In this document: positions 15,738-16,187 of the stretch, in pieces
Layout of the letters: each line of letters begins with the position of its first letter
Numbering within the stretch: the first letter of the stretch is position 1
Assembly: GCA_041946805.1 (NCBI GenBank)
Contig: JBHGBC010000139.1
Coordinates: 1 to 16,187 of the forward strand
Source: a bacterium
Lineage (GTDB): Bacteria; Hinthialibacterota; Hinthialibacteria; Hinthialibacterales; Hinthialibacteraceae
Length of the DNA stretch: 16,187 nucleotides
Reading direction: 5' to 3'
Notes under the pieces: generated by a model
Database searches by the model: none
Told to the model about the DNA's origin: nothing
Seen by the model: the letters and a program-made list of their open reading frames with translations, nothing else
Position numbers and translations under genes: made by a program

Positions 15738-16187
15738 ATGTCATGGCGCTCGAAATGCAAACGGTTGGGTAAATGGACGGTCCGGGGAACCGCGGTCCTG
15801 GCGGTTCTGCTGGTGACCGCGTGGGCATTCATCCAGACTCCGTACGGCAAGCGCCAAATCGCGCGAATCGTGTCGGAGCAGATTTCCTCGGCCATCCATT
15901 ACCCGGTCTCGGTGGGCGAAATCCGGGGTTGGATTCCCTTCGATATTCATTGCGACAAAATCACCGCGGCCGGCCGGGAAGGCGAGTGGCTGGCAATCGA
16001 CACCCTTCACGCCCAAATCTCTCCCCTGGCATTGCTCCGGGGAAACGTGGCGGTTTCCAGCCTGACGGTCGAAACGGTTCATCTCGCGCGTTCCCCGGCC
16101 AGCCTGCGGGATGACACTCACCCCCATCCGTTAACCCTGCGCCTGATCAGCCGGTTTCGCGCCGTCTCCATCCAACAGATCACAGTG
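15738..16187 (+). CDS. tamB: Partial (3'-truncated) TamB / AsmA-like protein, N-terminus
   Basis: Absent from the ORF track because there is no stop in the window. ATG lies 3 nt after the tamA stop. It reads MSWRSKCKRLGKWTVRGTAVLAVLLVTAWAFIQTPYGKRQIARIVSEQIS...EGEWLAIDTLHAQISPLALLRGNVAVSSLTVETVHLARSP, i.e. a TM anchor plus the T..G and G.WL...SPLALLRG patterns typical of TamB. Confidence 0.8.
   Translation, partial: MSWRSKCKRLGKWTVRGTAVLAVLLVTAWAFIQTPYGKRQIARIVSEQISSAIHYPVSVGEIRGWIPFDIHCDKITAAGREGEWLAIDTLHAQISPLALLRGNVAVSSLTVETVHLARSPASLRDDTHPHPLTLRLISRFRAVSIQQITV

Noticed and set aside
15741..16127. Track ORFs 15741-16127 (-) and 15773-16114 (+)
   Set aside because: The real frame is the tamB-like ORF from 15738 that runs off the window end.

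Overview
GC-rich bacterial chromosomal region from a diderm (it encodes TamA and TamB), mostly housekeeping. In order: a partial membrane protein with a C-terminal beta-propeller-like repeat domain (+); a double-CDGSH Fe-S protein (+); a minus-strand run cysE, DnaD-like (wHTH + DnaD_C) protein, DnaC/DnaI-like AAA+ helicase-loader ATPase, galU; rlmN overlapping an acetoacetate-decarboxylase-like gene (+); mltG (-); an M20 dipeptidase and a Tat-signal ADP-ribosylglycohydrolase-family protein (+); a GyrI-like protein and a hypothetical (-); tamA and the 5' end of tamB (+). I found no tRNA, rRNA, CRISPR array, integrase or transposase. Most notable: (i) a DnaD-like/DnaC-like initiator-loader pair inside a housekeeping operon with no phage genes; (ii) a Tat-exported ARH-fold protein with altered metal-site motifs; (iii) intergenic DNA built from several REP/MITE-like families, including a diverged ~175-200 bp direct repeat around rlmN, a recurring two-hairpin architecture and 9-nt-period arrays on both sides of mltG. 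All family calls come from motif recognition by eye, not database searches.
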